Shown here: piece by piece, positions 29,625 to 39,751 of the stretch
Numbering within the stretch: the stretch's first letter is position 1
How the letters are laid out: each line of letters starts with the position of its first letter
From: Flavobacteriaceae bacterium
GTDB lineage: Bacteria; Bacteroidota; Bacteroidia; Flavobacteriales; Flavobacteriaceae
DNA length: 62,501 nucleotides
Reading direction: 5' to 3'
Assembly: GCA_036396455.1 (NCBI GenBank)
Contig: DASWKU010000318.1
Coordinates: forward strand, 1 to 62,501
Translations under genes and position numbers: made by a program
Notes under the pieces: model-generated
What the model was told of the DNA's origin: nothing
The model's database searches: none
Seen by the model: the letters and a program-made list of their open reading frames with translations, nothing else

Positions 29625-30914
29625 ATGGATTTCTCTATTTTAATTATTATAACAACGCTTATTTTATCGGCCTTTTTTTCGGGAATGGAGATTGCTTACG
29701 TGTCCTCCAATAAAATCCATATTGAGATTGAAAAAAAACAGAATGACTTTCTTGCCAAAATCTTAACAAAACTTACGGCCAAACCATCAAAATTTATTGC
29801 CACCATGCTTATTGGCAACAATATTGCACTCGTGGTTTATGGGTTTTTAATGGGTGATTTATTGGTGGATTGGTTTCAATCCATGATGCCAACACCATCC
29901 GGTTTTTTAAACTATTTATTTACAGACTTGAGTTTGTTGAGCCAAACTATAATTTCTACCCTGATTATTTTGTTTACGGCAGAATTTTTACCTAAAGTTT
30001 TTTTTCAAATTTATGCCAACAGTTTTCTAAAGATTTTTGCATTTCCTGCGTATATATTTTATCAGTTATTTTATTATATCACAAATTTTGTGATTTGGAT
30101 TTCGGACAGTGTGCTTAGACGTTTTTTTAAGACCGAAGGCGATCATGTACAATTGGCATTGACCAAAGTTGAACTTGGAAACTATATCAGTGAACAAATG
30201 GAATCGGTCGAGGCACATGAAGAAGTGGACAGCGAAATACAGATTTTTCAAAATGCTCTGGAATTTTCAGAGGTCAAAGCAAGGGAAGTTATGGTGCCCC
30301 GCACAGAGATTATTGCTGTTGAAATCAATGATTCCATTAAAAACATCAATTCAATATTTACCTCTTCTGGGCTCTCAAAAATTTTGGTCTATGAGGAGTC
30401 CATAGATGATATTTTGGGTTACATTCATTCCTTTGAACTGTTCAAAAAACCAAAAACACTCAAATCCATAATTTTACCCGTAGAGTTTGTCCCCGAAACC
30501 ATGTTGGTAAAGGATGTGTTAAATATATTGACCAAAAAGCGAAAAAGTATTGCCGTGGTCATTGACGAATATGGCGGAACATCTGGAATCATGACCATTG
30601 AGGATATTGTTGAAGAACTCTTTGGGGAAATTGAAGATGAACATGATACCGTTGCATTAATTGAAGAAAAGATAGATGATTACAATTATAAATTTTCAGC
30701 ACGTTTGGAAGTGGATTACATTAATGAAACCTATAAGCTTGACCTACCGGAAGGAGAAAATTATGAAACCATTGGAGGATTGATCGTGGACGAGACAGAG
30801 GAGATTCCCAAGGTAAACGATAAGGTAACCATAGAAAGTTTCCTGTTTACGATTCTTGAAGTTTCCTCAACCAAAATTGATGTTGTTGCGCTCAAAATTC
30901 TTAAAGAAGAGTAA
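29625..30914 (+). CDS. HlyC/CorC (CNNM, CBS-domain) hemolysin-family protein
   Basis: SAFFSGMEIA, EVMVPR and VIDEYGGTSGIMTIEDIVEELFGEIEDEHD. Confidence 0.93.
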   Translation: MDFSILIIITTLILSAFFSGMEIAYVSSNKIHIEIEKKQNDFLAKILTKLTAKPSKFIATMLIGNNIALVVYGFLMGDLLVDWFQSMMPTPSGFLNYLFTDLSLLSQTIISTLIILFTAEFLPKVFFQIYANSFLKIFAFPAYIFYQLFYYITNFVIWISDSVLRRFFKTEGDHVQLALTKVELGNYISEQMESVEAHEEVDSEIQIFQNALEFSEVKAREVMVPRTEIIAVEINDSIKNINSIFTSSGLSKILVYEESIDDILGYIHSFELFKKPKTLKSIILPVEFVPETMLVKDVLNILTKKRKSIAVVIDEYGGTSGIMTIEDIVEELFGEIEDEHDTVALIEEKIDDYNYKFSARLEVDYINETYKLDLPEGENYETIGGLIVDETEEIPKVNDKVTIESFLFTILEVSSTKIDVVALKILKEE

Positions 30915-31010
30915 ATCGCTATATTCCAATAAAATCTGATATTCTACTTTTATTATTTGATAGAAAATGGTATTTTCGCGCACTTATATTTTATAAACGA
31001 ATACAACAAA

Positions 31011-33173
31011 ATGGCAATTTTAAATAAAATCAGACAACGTTCACTGTTTCTAATTCTTATTATAGGGTTAGCATTGTTCGCGTTTGTACTTTCAGGCTTA
31101 TTCGACACTAGTGGCAGCGGCTCCTTATTTGGTGGCCCACAGGATATTGTAGCGACCGTTAATGGTAAGGACGTCAACCGTGAAGAGTTCATGAACCGTG
31201 TTGAGGTTATGCAAAGGCAATTGGGCCCCAATGCAACATCAACCCAAGCCATGAACAATGTTTATGATCAAATAGTGAGACTAAAGGTACTTGAAACGCA
31301 ATTTGAGGATTTGGGACTGGACGTTGAGAAGGACCAAATGCGGGATTTAATCAAGGCAAGCTTCTCCAGTTTTCCGGAATTTAACAATGAAGCGGGAATT
31401 TTTGATGAGGCTAAATTGAACGAATTTATTGCCAATTTAAAAGCAACTTCACCACAACGATCACCCATAGGTAATGGTGCCATTAACTATGCAGAATGGG
31501 TGGACAATGAGCAGTCCATAGCCACAAATGCCATGCAGCAAACCTATTTTAATATGATTAAAGCCGGAATCAATGCAACATTGGTAGAAGGAGAGGTTGA
31601 TTATGGGTTGGAAAATCAACTGGTAGACATTAAATACGCCATGGTGCCTTACACCAGTATCCCTGATAGTTTAGTTGAGGTCACTAAAGCAGACATCACC
31701 AAATATATTAACGAGAATAAAAAGAAATATGAGATAGAGGCTTCAAGAGATATCAATTTTGTTCAGTTTCAAGAGGTGGCCAGCGTTGAAGATGAAGCAG
31801 AAATCAAAACCAATTTAATGTCTTTATTGGACAATTCAGTAGTTTATAATTCAGAAACTAAAGCAAACGATACCATTTCTGGACTTAGGGACACAAACGA
31901 TATCGAAAATTTTATAAATGGAAATTCAGATATTAAATACAATGACCGATTTATATTTAAAACGAGTTTACCAACAGCAGTTGCTGATAGTATTTTCAAA
32001 TTAAATGTTGGAGGAGGTATCTATGGCCCTTATAAAGATGGAGGTTATTATAAACTTTCTAAAGTCGTAGCAGAAACACAATTACCAGATTCGGTTAAGG
32101 TAAGGCACATTTTAATTCCATTTGTTGGATCGCTAAGTACTGCACCAACCGTAACAAAAACCGATGCCGAAGCCAAAAAGACTGCGGATAGTCTTTTGGG
32201 AGTTATCAAGGCCAATCGTTCTAAATTTCCAGAATTGGTAACTGCATTCTCATCAGACCAGGGAAGTGTTCAAAACGGGGGTGAATATGATTTTCACCCA
32301 TACAATACCATGGTAAAGCCCTTTAATGATTTTGAGTTTGAACATAGCAAAGGTGATTTAGGTGTTGTAAAAACAGATTTTGGCTACCATATCATAGAGA
32401 TTTTAGATCAAAAAAATAAAGCCAGAGCCATAAAAGTGGCTACACTTGCCCGTAAAATTGAACCTTCTGAAAAAACCATCAACGACCTGTTCAACACGAC
32501 CCAAAAATTTGAAATTGCCATTCAAGGTGAAGATTTTCAGGAAGTGGCCACAAAAAACAACTATGAGGTTAGACCTGTGAATACCATTAAGGAATTACAG
32601 GAATCCATCCCAGGTTTGGGAAGCCAAAGAGCCATTGTGCGTTGGGCATTTGAGGATGCAACAAAAACTGGTGACTATAAGCGGTTTTCAGTTCCAACTG
32701 GTGGCTATGTTGTAGTGCAATTGGCAGCAATAAACAAAAAAGGGTTGATGAGTGTTGAAAACGCTTCAGTAACAGCAATCCCTGAGATTAGAAAAGAGAA
32801 AAAAGCAAAACTAATCAGAGAAAAAATTAAGGCAACAACAGTTGATGAGGTGGCAAAAAACCAAAATGTTTCTGTTTCAACAGCGGCTGCTGTTAATATG
32901 AAAACACCAACACTTTCAGGAGCTGGACAAGAGCCTAAAGTTGTTGGTACCGCTTTTGGTTTAAAGGAAGGCCAAACCTCCAAATTAATTGATGGCAACA
33001 AAGGTGTGTTCATTATTGAAGTCACCAAAGTCACCGAAGCTCCCAAGTTGGAAAACTATCAGGCAAACACAAACAGATTGTCTACAACCAGAGTAAATAG
33101 TGCCCAAACAACAGTTTTTAATGCGCTTAAAGAAGCGGCTGATATTGAAGACAATAGGGCTAAATTTTATTGA
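31011..33173 (+). CDS. PpiD/SurA-like peptidyl-prolyl isomerase
   Basis: MAILNKIRQR plus TM anchor; parvulin motifs VKVRHILI and KTDFGYHII. Start taken at ATG 31011. Confidence 0.88.
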   Translation: MAILNKIRQRSLFLILIIGLALFAFVLSGLFDTSGSGSLFGGPQDIVATVNGKDVNREEFMNRVEVMQRQLGPNATSTQAMNNVYDQIVRLKVLETQFEDLGLDVEKDQMRDLIKASFSSFPEFNNEAGIFDEAKLNEFIANLKATSPQRSPIGNGAINYAEWVDNEQSIATNAMQQTYFNMIKAGINATLVEGEVDYGLENQLVDIKYAMVPYTSIPDSLVEVTKADITKYINENKKKYEIEASRDINFVQFQEVASVEDEAEIKTNLMSLLDNSVVYNSETKANDTISGLRDTNDIENFINGNSDIKYNDRFIFKTSLPTAVADSIFKLNVGGGIYGPYKDGGYYKLSKVVAETQLPDSVKVRHILIPFVGSLSTAPTVTKTDAEAKKTADSLLGVIKANRSKFPELVTAFSSDQGSVQNGGEYDFHPYNTMVKPFNDFEFEHSKGDLGVVKTDFGYHIIEILDQKNKARAIKVATLARKIEPSEKTINDLFNTTQKFEIAIQGEDFQEVATKNNYEVRPVNTIKELQESIPGLGSQRAIVRWAFEDATKTGDYKRFSVPTGGYVVVQLAAINKKGLMSVENASVTAIPEIRKEKKAKLIREKIKATTVDEVAKNQNVSVSTAAAVNMKTPTLSGAGQEPKVVGTAFGLKEGQTSKLIDGNKGVFIIEVTKVTEAPKLENYQANTNRLSTTRVNSAQTTVFNALKEAADIEDNRAKFY

Positions 33174-33195
33174 TCTTCCAATCTAAAAATAATTA

Positions 33196-33222
33196 AAAAG
33201 GCTCTACATTGTAGGGCCTTTT
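33196..33222. terminator. Bidirectional intrinsic terminator
   Basis: AAAAGGCTCTAC-ATT-GTAGGGCCTTTT between convergent genes. Confidence 0.8.
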
Positions 33223-34216
33223 ATTTTAAGACCATTTGGTCAAAAGGGATGACCGTTTCAAAACCTTTGGATTTGAAATAGTCGGTTGGATTCTCTTTTG
33301 AAGTTGCCAAAATGAAATCACCGCCCCAAGCTCCCAAGCTTTTTATGCTACCTTTAAAATCTTTGAAATACTTAGCTTTCACTGGTGTTTCATTGATAAT
33401 GCTGGAGATTATGGTTTCATGTCGATTTATAAGGGACTCAAATTCATCCAACCGCTTACAATCCATGATTTTTGAAGTTATACCATTGATTTCGGAAATT
33501 TCATTTGAAATATTGGACGTATTTTTCTTGTAGTGTTCAATACCAGCTCTACTATTTTGCTTTCTGTTTAAATGTGCAAAGTATAAACAATCCTTAAATT
33601 CGGGATTAAAGTCAACCTCACGAACCATAGGATTGCTATACAGTCCTGACAGAAATCGGGATTGATTCAGCATCTTATTCTTTTTGTTAAGAAGTTGATA
33701 TGTAATCGCAGAATCATGTTGCGCACAAGCAATATCATAGCCACTGCCACCAAGAGAGAATCCCAACAATTGGTAAGCATCAACGTTTGCCCAATTGGCA
33801 ATATTGTTGATCAATGTTGAAGATGACCCCAGTCCCCAATTTTGGGGAAAGTCCAATGTGGTAGTGATACTCAAACCTTTTTCGGATTCAATATAATGTG
33901 TCAAAAAGTTTTTATTGAGTTGGTTTGCAACAAACAATATTTTAAGTAATGCTTTTGAAACTTGATCGAGAGTCTTTAAGCCTAGGGAGTGTTCATATAA
34001 AAACGGAAAGACAATTTGCTCAAAACAAAATTCCCCGTTAAACCAAACTTTACCGTTGTCATCTAAACTTTTCCAAGTTATTTTGTTTTCAGCAATAGGT
34101 TCAACGATCAAGGATTGCCCATATTGCGTTGGTATGGCAAGTGATAAAGCGCCATCAAGTATCACATATTCTCCGGTAATCAATAATTTTCCGTTGCTAT
34201 AATAGGTTTGTCTCAA
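33221..34216 (-). CDS. GYDIA-family GHMP kinase (mevalonate pathway-linked)
   Basis: GKLLITGEY, WGLGSSS, GSGYDIACA and KSLGAWGGDF; overlaps the HMG-CoA reductase gene. Confidence 0.9.
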   Translation of the reverse strand: MRQTYYSNGKLLITGEYVILDGALSLAIPTQYGQSLIVEPIAENKITWKSLDDNGKVWFNGEFCFEQIVFPFLYEHSLGLKTLDQVSKALLKILFVANQLNKNFLTHYIESEKGLSITTTLDFPQNWGLGSSSTLINNIANWANVDAYQLLGFSLGGSGYDIACAQHDSAITYQLLNKKNKMLNQSRFLSGLYSNPMVREVDFNPEFKDCLYFAHLNRKQNSRAGIEHYKKNTSNISNEISEINGITSKIMDCKRLDEFESLINRHETIISSIINETPVKAKYFKDFKGSIKSLGAWGGDFILATSKENPTDYFKSKGFETVIPFDQMVLK

Positions 34217-35529
34217 CGTCTTAAGTTTTGGATGGCCTCAACAACGGCACTATGTGTCGCCAAATGGGTTTTAAAATATTCAATAAGTCGTGTTTTCTCA
34301 TCTTGGGTTGCCTTAAACTGATTCAAAATATTCATCAGATGCATTTTCATGTGCCCCTTTTGAATCCCAGTTGTCGTTAACGAGCGTAAAGCGGCAAAAT
34401 TTTGGGCCAATCCTGCAACGGCAACAATTTGCATTAATTCTTTTGCAGTGGGTTGATGCAGCAGTTCTAAAGATAATTTTACAAGCGGATGCAAACTGGT
34501 CAAACCACCAACAGTGCCAAGAGCCAATGGTATTTCAATCCAAAATGTAAATATCCCATTTTCTGCTTTGGCATGGGTCAAGCTGCGATATTTTCCATCT
34601 CGTGATGCATAGGCATGGACCCCTGCCTCTACGGCCCTAAAATCGTTGCCCGTTGCCAAAACAACCGCATCGATTCCGTTCATAATACCTTTATTATGAG
34701 TGACAGCTCGGTAAGGTTCCACTTCGGCAATTTTTACCGCCTGTATAAAATTGAAGACAAACTCTTGGGCCGAAACGGAATCGTTATCATTTAATTCTTC
34801 CACTTTGCAGCTGACTTCAGCCCTTACCAGGCATTCAGGAACATAGTTGGATAAAATGCTCATCACAATTTGAACTTGCGTTTCCTTTTCAGAAAACAGT
34901 TCAAACCGTTGCGCCTCGCTTTTAAAGGTTTTTGCAAATTGTTCCAAACAGGAGTTGATAAAATTGGCACCCATGGCATCCAAAGTTTCAAATGTAGCGT
35001 GAAGCTGATAGTAGCCTTTAAGGTCTTTGGTTTTGTCGCACAACTCAATATCCAATATGCCACCGCCTCGGGACTCCATATTTTTGGTAATTGCTTTAGT
35101 ATCTTCAAAAAGTTTCGGTTTGACAGCAATAAAGAATTGTTCAAGATTTTTAACATCGCCATAAAACATAAAATGGACCTGGCCTACCTTTTTAGTGGAA
35201 ATCACTTCTGCTTTAAAACCACCTCTATCTGACCAAAACTTGGCAGCATTACTGGCAGCGGCAACGACCGAACTCTCCTCAATGGCCATGGGGATGGTGT
35301 AGGTTTTACCATTGATCAAAAAGTTGGGAGCGACCCCAAGAGGCAGATAATAATTGGTGATGGTATTTTCAATAAACTCGTCATGAAGCTGTTGGAGTTT
35401 ATCATTGGAATTCCAATACTGTTTAAGCACCGTTCTTGCATCCTCTTTATTGGCGAAATAGGTGTTGACTATCCAATCTATTTTTTTGGATTTGGAGAGT
35501 TTTGAAAACCCTTCAATCGTTTTGCTCAT
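34213..35529 (-). CDS. mvaA: Class II HMG-CoA reductase
   Basis: EESSVVAA, DAMGAN, HNKGIMNG, GNDFRAVEA and GHMKMH. Confidence 0.95.
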   Translation of the reverse strand: MSKTIEGFSKLSKSKKIDWIVNTYFANKEDARTVLKQYWNSNDKLQQLHDEFIENTITNYYLPLGVAPNFLINGKTYTIPMAIEESSVVAAASNAAKFWSDRGGFKAEVISTKKVGQVHFMFYGDVKNLEQFFIAVKPKLFEDTKAITKNMESRGGGILDIELCDKTKDLKGYYQLHATFETLDAMGANFINSCLEQFAKTFKSEAQRFELFSEKETQVQIVMSILSNYVPECLVRAEVSCKVEELNDNDSVSAQEFVFNFIQAVKIAEVEPYRAVTHNKGIMNGIDAVVLATGNDFRAVEAGVHAYASRDGKYRSLTHAKAENGIFTFWIEIPLALGTVGGLTSLHPLVKLSLELLHQPTAKELMQIVAVAGLAQNFAALRSLTTTGIQKGHMKMHLMNILNQFKATQDEKTRLIEYFKTHLATHSAVVEAIQNLRR

Positions 35530-35549
35530 TTAACCTTGCTTTAGACAAA

Positions 35550-35557
35550 CAAAGATA
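35550..35557 (-). promoter_or_regulatory. Putative -7 promoter element for the HMG-CoA reductase operon
   Basis: TATCTTTG on the minus strand about 20 nt upstream of the ATG. Confidence 0.55.
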
Positions 35558-35751
35558 CTATTCTTGCCTGTAAAATTTTGGATGTTAACTAATATTGCAC
35601 ATTTAACTGTTAATAGTTGGGACTTTTTGCTTAATTTTTAGTAAACTTGGCAATATTTTATCAAAAATCCAGAAATGATTTTTGTGAAAATCTTAAAGAA
35701 TTTCCTGATTAAAGAGCAAAAAACTAACGTTTACTAACTAATAAATTACTT

Positions 35752-37317
35752 ATGGCGAATTCTGCTACATTGAAACAAAAAGAATTATTTGGGCATCCAA
35801 TCGGGCTCTATATTTTATTTTTAACAGAGATGTGGGAACGATTTTCCTTTTATGGAATGAAAGCTCTACTAATTCTTTATCTTGTTAAATATCATTTGTT
35901 TAGTGATACTGCTGGAAATTTAATAGTTGGGAGTTATGCTGCATTGGTTTATGCTATGCCTGTTATCGGAGGTCTTTTGGCAGATAGGTATTTAGGCTTC
36001 AGAAAAGCAGTAACTTTTGGAGCAATCCTTCTAGTTTTAGGTCATTTAGGAATGGCTTATGAAGGAAATGCGGCTACAGAAATGGCTGCGGGAGCAATAG
36101 AAAGAGACGATTTTGCACTTCAAATATTTTATTTTTCATTAGCTCTAATCATTATGGGGGTTGGTTTTTTAAAAGCCAATATTTCATCTATTGTTGGGGA
36201 ACTTTATAAAAGAGGTGATGCACGTAGAGATTCAGGATTCACTATTTTTTATATGGGGATAAACTTAGGTTCAGCTTTAGCTACATTTATTTGTGCTTGG
36301 TTAGGTGAAACTTATGGATGGAATTATGGTTTTGGTGCAGCAGGCATAGGAATGATTTTCGGTCTATTGACTTTTACATATGGAAGAAAATATTTTTATG
36401 GAAAAGGTGAAGCTAAGGATTTAGCACTTTTAAAAAGAAAATCTCCATTGGGATTAAGTAATGAACGCACAATATATGTCCTTGCCATTTTGGGAATTTT
36501 TGTGGTATGGCAAATGGTTCAAAGACATGGTGTAGTGGAAGTTTTATTGTTAGCCGCTGGTGCAGGATCATTGATTTACATCGCTTGGTATGCTGTTACA
36601 AAAACAAATAAAATACAAAGAGATAGGTTGTTTGCTTTAACCATCCTAATCATATTTTCTGTAATATTTTGGTCTTTGTTTGAGCAAGCTTACACTTCGT
36701 TAAATTTATATGCTGATAGAATTCTGGATAGGACCACCACTTGGTTTGGTGAAATTCCTGCTGGAGCATTTTTAAGCTTAAATGCAGTTTTTATAATACT
36801 GTTTGCACCAGTTTTTGCATGGTTTTGGATTAAACTTGAAAAAAAGAATATGAACCCCAATGCCGCTCTTAAATTTTCTTTTGGACTTATTTTGGTGGGA
36901 TTGGGTTTTGGGGCTCTTGTATTGGGTGCTGACTTTTCAGGTACTGGCAAAGTTGCCATAATTTGGTTAGTATTAGCCTATTTATTCCACACTTGGGGAG
37001 AATTATGCTTATCTCCTGTTGGATTATCCTATGTCACCAAACTCTCTCCCGCCAAAATTGTAGGATTTATGATGGGGGTTTGGTTCCTTGCAACAGCGGG
37101 TTCCGAATATATTGCTTCCTTATTGGCGAATTTGGCCCATATCGATACCACGGGTGGAGTGGCAACAGATTTGATGGGTGCAAAAGCTACTTATACCGAT
37201 TTATTTGAAAAACTTTTTTTCACGGGCTTAGTTGTTGGAGCTATTTTATTGGTTCTGTCTCCTTTAATTAAAAAGATGATGCATAATGTGGATGCGGACG
37301 AAAGTGTTGAAGAATAA
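35752..37317 (+). CDS. POT family peptide:H+ symporter
   Basis: EMWERFSFYG, FTIFYMGINLG and GELCLSPVG. Confidence 0.94.
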   Translation: MANSATLKQKELFGHPIGLYILFLTEMWERFSFYGMKALLILYLVKYHLFSDTAGNLIVGSYAALVYAMPVIGGLLADRYLGFRKAVTFGAILLVLGHLGMAYEGNAATEMAAGAIERDDFALQIFYFSLALIIMGVGFLKANISSIVGELYKRGDARRDSGFTIFYMGINLGSALATFICAWLGETYGWNYGFGAAGIGMIFGLLTFTYGRKYFYGKGEAKDLALLKRKSPLGLSNERTIYVLAILGIFVVWQMVQRHGVVEVLLLAAGAGSLIYIAWYAVTKTNKIQRDRLFALTILIIFSVIFWSLFEQAYTSLNLYADRILDRTTTWFGEIPAGAFLSLNAVFIILFAPVFAWFWIKLEKKNMNPNAALKFSFGLILVGLGFGALVLGADFSGTGKVAIIWLVLAYLFHTWGELCLSPVGLSYVTKLSPAKIVGFMMGVWFLATAGSEYIASLLANLAHIDTTGGVATDLMGAKATYTDLFEKLFFTGLVVGAILLVLSPLIKKMMHNVDADESVEE

Positions 37318-37366
37318 TTTGAAATAGGATTCAAGCATTAAAGTATTAATATAAAATTAAAGTTAT

Positions 37367-39109
37367 ATGACCGAAAATTCAACCGACCAATTTTTCAAAA
37401 GCACCGTTTTAGGACATCCATCAGGTCTGTTTGTATTGTTTTTTACCGAAATGTGGGAACGTTTTTCGTTTTACGGAATGCGTGCACTTTTGGTGCTGTT
37501 TTTGACCACTGAATTACTTGGTGGAGGTTGGGATTGGCCTCGGGAACATGCCATGTCGCTGTTTGGGTCTTATGTGGGATTGGTGTATTTATCTACCATG
37601 ATGGGCGGTTATTTTGCCGATAAAATTATAGGCTATCGTTGGGCCGTTGTGGTAGGCGCACTGTTAATGACCTTAGGGCATGCTTCAATGGCGGTTGAAA
37701 CCCATTGGTCCATTTATTTGGGGCTCACTTTATTGGTATTTGGTAATGGATTTTTTAAACCCAATATGACGTCCATTATTTCTGAAATGTATCAGCATAG
37801 ACCCGAGAAAAAAGATGGGGCCTATACCATTTTCTATATGGGCGTGAATGCCGGTGCTTTTTTCGGTATTTTATTATGTGGGTATTTGGGTGAAAAAGTG
37901 GGTTGGAGTTTAGGTTTTGGACTTGCTGGGATTTTTATGTTTTTTGGATTGGTCCAGTTTTGGTTGGCTCAGAACATTTTTGGGAATATTGGACTCAAGC
38001 CTAATAAGAAGGATAAAAACTCTGTTGAAGCCCAGGATAAGGACAAGCGAAATCCGTTCAGTATTTGGCAGTTAATATTGATCGTAGTTTGTGTTATTCT
38101 AGGAATACTATGGATATTAAATGAGCCTGCCACAATAATTTCTGGAGGTAGTTTTAATTTACTTTCTTTTTTAGGTGAAAATGGAAACAGTATTGCTATT
38201 TTAACGGCATTGGGTTTATTTATAATATTGTTAATTTATAGGTTAATGCAGTATTCAAAAGTTACAAAGGAAAAATTGATGGCGGTATCCTTTTTTGCAT
38301 TTATAACCATATTCTTTTGGGCCATTTTCGAACAATCCCCAGGAACATTGACCATTTTTGCCAGAGATTATACAGACAGAGTATTGGATGGAAATTCGGG
38401 AACTATTTTTAAGATCGTCAATTCCTGCATGACCATTATTCCATTAGCTATAATTACATGGGTTTTATTTTTGTTATTTAAACAGACCTTTAAAAAATAT
38501 GCTTTGGCCAATATTGTTTTGGGATCAAGTTTTGTTATTGTTTGGGCTGTTGCCATTTGGATGCTAAATGACCAATTTGGAGAAGAAAGTCCAGAAGTGC
38601 CTGCCTCTTGGTTCTCAACCTTAAATTCCTTGTTCATTATCACTTTGGCACCATTATTTTCAAAATGGTGGGAAAGCAAGTACAATCCTTCAGCCAATAT
38701 GAAATATGGTATCGGAATGACTTTATTGGCATTGGGAATGGCTTGTGTGGCGTTTGGAGCAGGAGGCATTGAACCGGGTGCCCAAACGGCTTCAGTAAGT
38801 ATGATTTGGTTGGTATTGGTGTATTTGTTTCATACCATGGGAGAACTTTGTATCTCACCTGTGGGATTGTCCTATGTGAGTAAATTGGTTCCGGCGCGTA
38901 TGATTGCCTTTATGTTTGGGGTTTGGTATCTGGCAGTTGCCATTGGTATGAAAGGTGCTGGTAAGTTTGGAGAAAATGTAGATAAAATTGCCAATGAGAA
39001 CGGAATAAGTTATTTCTTTTGGATGCTGACCATAGTTTCATTGGTCATTGCAGCACTTTCGATTGTTATGAGACCTGTCATTAAAAAGCTGATGCACGGT
39101 GTTCGTTAA
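37367..39109 (+). CDS. POT family peptide:H+ symporter
   Basis: EMWERFSFYG, GFFKPN, FYMGVNAG and GELCISPVG. Confidence 0.94.
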   Translation: MTENSTDQFFKSTVLGHPSGLFVLFFTEMWERFSFYGMRALLVLFLTTELLGGGWDWPREHAMSLFGSYVGLVYLSTMMGGYFADKIIGYRWAVVVGALLMTLGHASMAVETHWSIYLGLTLLVFGNGFFKPNMTSIISEMYQHRPEKKDGAYTIFYMGVNAGAFFGILLCGYLGEKVGWSLGFGLAGIFMFFGLVQFWLAQNIFGNIGLKPNKKDKNSVEAQDKDKRNPFSIWQLILIVVCVILGILWILNEPATIISGGSFNLLSFLGENGNSIAILTALGLFIILLIYRLMQYSKVTKEKLMAVSFFAFITIFFWAIFEQSPGTLTIFARDYTDRVLDGNSGTIFKIVNSCMTIIPLAIITWVLFLLFKQTFKKYALANIVLGSSFVIVWAVAIWMLNDQFGEESPEVPASWFSTLNSLFIITLAPLFSKWWESKYNPSANMKYGIGMTLLALGMACVAFGAGGIEPGAQTASVSMIWLVLVYLFHTMGELCISPVGLSYVSKLVPARMIAFMFGVWYLAVAIGMKGAGKFGENVDKIANENGISYFFWMLTIVSLVIAALSIVMRPVIKKLMHGVR

Positions 39110-39134
39110 TCGAGCAAACCGTTAAATTAATCTC

Positions 39135-39162
39135 AAAATGCTCCAATTTAGGGGCGTTTTTT
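39135..39162 (+). terminator. Intrinsic terminator
   Basis: AAAATGCTCC-AATTTA-GGGGCGTTTTTT after the second POT gene. Confidence 0.6.
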
Positions 39163-39196
39163 GTAAGTTCGTATTAAAATTGCAACAAAGACTACA

Positions 39197-39745
39197 ATGA
39201 AAACATTAAGATATATACTGTTATTAGCATTATTGTCTTCGGTTAGTGGCATAGCCCAGGAGATCAAGTGGCTGTCTCTTGAAGAAGCCATAGCACTTCA
39301 AAAGAAAAGCCCCAAAAAAATCATTATGGACGTTTACACCAACTGGTGCGGACCATGCAAAATGCTCGATAAAAACACCTTCCATAATCCAGATGTTGTG
39401 AAATACATTAACCAGTATTATTATGCCGTAAAATTTAATGCCGAGGGAAATTCAACACTCACCTATAACGGAAAAACATATACCAATCCAGATTACAAAG
39501 AAGCGTTGGCCAATAGACGTAATGGAACTCATCAATTTACTTATTATTTAAGAGTAAATTCATACCCTACGGTAGCGTATTTTGATGAAAAGGGCAATTT
39601 GTTAACCTCAATTATTGGATACAAGACCCCACAACAAATTGAATTGTATTTGAGACTTTTTGGTGAAGACAAACATAAAGAAATGAAGTCCCAAGAAGAT
39701 TTCAACAATTTTGCTTCTGCTTTCGTCCCTCAATTTAAAGGATAA
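39197..39745 (+). CDS. Exported thioredoxin-family protein
   Basis: Signal peptide and WCGPC. Confidence 0.88.
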   Translation: MKTLRYILLLALLSSVSGIAQEIKWLSLEEAIALQKKSPKKIIMDVYTNWCGPCKMLDKNTFHNPDVVKYINQYYYAVKFNAEGNSTLTYNGKTYTNPDYKEALANRRNGTHQFTYYLRVNSYPTVAYFDEKGNLLTSIIGYKTPQQIELYLRLFGEDKHKEMKSQEDFNNFASAFVPQFKG

Positions 39746-39751
39746 ATATTT

